Of a DNA stretch of 64,000 bases, positions 60,981-64,000 are shown one piece after another. Where the stretch lies: positions 124,001 through 188,000 of the forward strand of contig BCGN01000011.1 in the NCBI GenBank assembly GCA_001599295.1. Reading direction: 5' to 3'. A program made the translations under genes and the position numbers. Within the stretch, counting starts at the first letter, position 1. Each line of letters begins with the position of its first letter. This DNA is from Sporopachydermia quercuum (Eukaryota). The notes below the pieces were generated by a model that was not told the origin of the DNA, searched no databases, and saw nothing but the letters and a program-made list of their open reading frames with translations.

Positions 60981-62342
60981 TATGATTAGTTGTTTATATT
61001 AGTTTTTGAAGGTATTGTAAACCGTGAATCTTTTTTCTTAATTTATTCAAGTTCGTTGATGAATTAAGGGAAACAGAAGTAAAATAAAGAAATTAAACCA
61101 AGAAATCTTTGAAGAATTATTTTCTTGTTGAAGCGGATTCTCTCTATATATATATCAAATTGGATCTATATTGCTTTCGTAATACGTTGAAGGATTTGTG
61201 AAAGTATCGTTAAAGCTGTTATTATCTGAACAGATAACGGCATTTCAATCAGTATGGGAAACAGGTATGAGATTTACGCTCCAATTCTGAATGGATAATT
61301 CAAGGGTTAGATTAAGTATATACGGATGAATAGTCGATGAGGTGACACTAACAAAAATTGCATTTTTCCATATAAAAACTGAATATTTGAAAATATCAAA
61401 AGATCACTTCTGATAATTGTACGGAATATCAAGTATTAGATTTCAACTTTAATGAAGCCTGGTAGGCAATAAATTGGACACTTTGCAACAGAATTTCATA
61501 TTAAGTAAACCTATTGGACTTCCGAAGGTCAGAAAGTCAGAAAGCCAGCCACAATAAATAACTATGAATTAAATTGATAGGCCTGTAAGATATTGCAATA
61601 ATTGATTTAACAAAATAAACAGGGAATAATATATTATATTTTGTTATAGTTTGTGCTGATACAACCCATGACTTTTTTCTCCAGATTGAATAGATATTCT
61701 TTAGGCAAACTTACGTTTACTATCTTCCCAAAATAGGACAAACCAAAACTTTATTGTTTATCAATTCTTGTAGTACTAAAATTACGCTTAGAATGGAACA
61801 TATCAGCACTAACAAGTATATGCTGAAATATTTACATCTTTAGGTAATATTCAGACCATGTAGTTCACGCTACAAAATAAACTCAACCTAAAATAAAGTT
61901 TCAATTTCAAACTTCAGTTGGGACCGTTGCAAGCATTCCTACTTACGTTGCCGCCATTCAGTGAACAAATTACCATTAATTAATGCCAACAAATCAGTGC
62001 ATATAAGTGCATATAATGGCATTTGTTTACATTCCTGTTAAGTACATTCCCAATATTCATTCGAAAGTATAAGTAGAATCAAATATTCTATCACGACTTA
62101 TCTTGGGAGAATGTACTGGAGCATTGTTTACCTTAACTTACACTCACTGGTTTGAATCTTGAAAGTTGATCAGATATAAATACGAACAGAAATCCACATT
62201 TTATCATTCGCGATAAGTTCTTCTAATATAATTATATCTTCTTTATTTTCTCTCTTTTATCTGTTTTCGATCATCAATCCATTGACATTGAATACATCGA
62301 CAAAAAAGATTCACCCTTCCTTAAATATACAAATCAACAACA

Positions 62343-62756
62343 ATGGCACCTAAAGCTGAAAAGAAGCCCGCCTCCAAGGCCCCTGCTGAAAAGAAACCTA
62401 CAACTGCTGGTAAGAAGACAACTTCTTCTGCTATCTCTGGTGACAAGAAGAAGAGAACCAAGGCTAGAAAGGAAACTTACTCTTCTTATATCTACAAGGT
62501 CTTGAAGCAAACTCACCCTGATACAGGTATCTCTACTAAGGCTATGTCTATCATGAACTCTTTCGTTAACGATATCTTCGAAAGAGTTGCTACTGAAGCC
62601 TCCAAGTTGGCGGTCTATAACAAGAAGTCCACTATTTCTGCCAGAGAAATCCAAACTGCTGTTAGATTGATCCTTCCTGGTGAATTGGCCAAGCACGCCG
62701 TCTCTGAAGGTACTAGAGCTGTTACTAAATACTCTACTGAAAAGAAGAAGGCATAA
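62343..62756 (+). CDS. HTB1: Histone H2B, divergent from H2A
   Basis: Canonical H2B fold ([22 protein letters not shown]...[17 protein letters not shown]). Paralog number is uncertain. Confidence 0.95.
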   Translation: MAPKAEKKPASKAPAEKKPTTAGKKTTSSAISGDKKKRTKARKETYSSYIYKVLKQTHPDTGISTKAMSIMNSFVNDIFERVATEASKLAVYNKKSTISAREIQTAVRLILPGELAKHAVSEGTRAVTKYSTEKKKA

Positions 62757-62965
62757 ACTTAGTAATGATTCATTCATTCATCCTTAACGTTCATAAATAG
62801 TCATTTATATCCTTTATCATATTATATCATTCACGGGTGAATTGTTGGTTTTTTTGAGTTGGGCTTGATTTCTATTATCGAATATATAACAATGTGTACA
62901 CTATTAGCTTAATGAATTGGTTTTAAAACCTTTATTCGTATTATATTACTATCTATCGTAGGTAA

Positions 62966-64000
62966 TTAACTTTTTTCTATGTAATCTAGTAAAACTCTTC
63001 CAGCGTCCTCTCTCATTCTCAAAAACAATCCGTTTCCTTTGATGAAATGGTCATGTAATAAATCCTCAGACCGGACGTCACCTAGGTTTAGTATACAAAG
63101 ATCATGTTCGTTTGTAGGCACCGCTTCATCCATCTCCAAGAGTTTCTTTACTAATCCATAGGAAGAATACGTAGCTAAAGATGTTCCCATAACTAATACT
63201 TTAATCACATCATAGTTAGCAGACATACTTATAATACTCTGTAAACGGAGCTTGGTCTCGATTGGAATCTGTTCACCAAAAAATACAACCAGAGGTTTCA
63301 AAATTCCTGCCTCTGTTTTCAGCAAATGCTTGTCTTGTATGAACCACTCCTTGTTGTCATACATCACCTTCATACCATTTTCATGCCCTTGACTTTTTAT
63401 AATCTTTGTCTTAATCAAATCTGACAAAAGTAAAGAAGGATTCTCTTCCAATCGATCAACAATGTCTGAAAACAATTCGTTTTGTATTATTTCCAATACT
63501 CTTGGCTGCCTCGTATAATGGGTGTAGCACATCTTTCCCTTTCTCCAAGCACCATTTTCATCTACGTCGACTATTTTGGCTTCATGACACTTTGAACACG
63601 GAGGATACTTGAAACTGGAATAACTAGGTAAACTGATTTTACCTTCATGACATCTTGAACTCTGTAGAGTGTCTAAAGTCTGTTGAAAACTCAACAATGT
63701 TGAAGGATCAACGTCTCCATCAGGGTTAATTCGCAACTTACTTCTATTTTTCAACTCTTTTGCTAATTCAATATCTAAATCATACTTCATATCTTTTACA
63801 AGATTGGGTTTCTGATACAGATCACAAAACTTTTCATCACTGAATAAGAACTCATTGGGTTCTTGAAGATCTTTATCTTGCTCCGTTGTTGAAACGGGAC
63901 CTGAAGTTTTCTTTTTTGAAATGCTTCCTATCACTTCTAGCAAATCATTCCATCCTATAGCACCATCATGCTCTTTATTCAGTTTTATTAACGACTCCTG
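62966..64000 (-). CDS. Sirtuin, class II (SIRT4-like); 5' part lies outside the window
   Basis: The frame is open to the window edge. Motifs INPDGDVD, CSKC, LKPLVVFFGEQIP, LVMGTSLATYSSYGLV and ILNLG. Confidence 0.75.
   Translation of the reverse strand, partial: QESLIKLNKEHDGAIGWNDLLEVIGSISKKKTSGPVSTTEQDKDLQEPNEFLFSDEKFCDLYQKPNLVKDMKYDLDIELAKELKNRSKLRINPDGDVDPSTLLSFQQTLDTLQSSRCHEGKISLPSYSSFKYPPCSKCHEAKIVDVDENGAWRKGKMCYTHYTRQPRVLEIIQNELFSDIVDRLEENPSLLLSDLIKTKIIKSQGHENGMKVMYDNKEWFIQDKHLLKTEAGILKPLVVFFGEQIPIETKLRLQSIISMSANYDVIKVLVMGTSLATYSSYGLVKKLLEMDEAVPTNEHDLCILNLGDVRSEDLLHDHFIKGNGLFLRMREDAGRVLLDYIEKS

Noticed and set aside
62334..62777. 147-aa ORF antisense to H2B
   Set aside because: Typical antisense open frame of a codon-biased histone gene.
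1..64000. tRNA, rRNA, snRNA, LTR/transposon, CRISPR, programmed frameshifts
   Set aside because: None recognisable by eye. All broken ORFs are explained by canonical introns. Divergent ncRNAs cannot be excluded without Infernal or tRNAscan.

Overview
Eukaryotic DNA from an AT-rich budding yeast (Saccharomycotina). It uses the standard code (CTG=Leu at conserved RNA Pol III positions) and is probably a heterozygous diploid consensus, given the scattered single Ns. I can support 23 protein-coding genes, two cut by the window edges: PBR1, IPI3, SNRNP27-like, NOP6, RAC1/RHO5, mitochondrial ALD, PEX11-family, ISU1, GIP3/HER1-like, RPL5, COX11, RDS2, COX6, NOC2, MEI5/SFR1, RET1, NPT1, KAP120, a coiled-coil PACT-like protein, RNY1, RNR large subunit, VPS30/ATG6 and a SIRT4-like sirtuin, plus a divergent H2A-H2B pair (25 in total). 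Seven genes are split by 14 spliceosomal introns reconstructed by hand, which the ORF track misses: 9 GTAAGT, 4 GTATGT and 1 GTACGT donors, with degenerate CTAAC-type branch points. I found no tRNA, rRNA, transposon or CRISPR. Gene content closely matches the S. cerevisiae YPL120-YPL137 / YOR206-YOR209 and YNL180-YNL182 neighbourhoods (recalled from memory). The best lead is that the gene in the exact slot and orientation of SPC29, between KAP120 and RNY1, encodes a 515-aa coiled-coil protein with a pericentrin/Spc110-type PACT-like C-terminus. Other leads are a Rac with natural A13F/P29E substitutions, co-retention of SNRNP27 with GTAAGT donors, a Homol-D box at RPL5, a class II sirtuin with a large insertion, and an H2B with a basic C-terminal tail. 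None of this was checked by database search.
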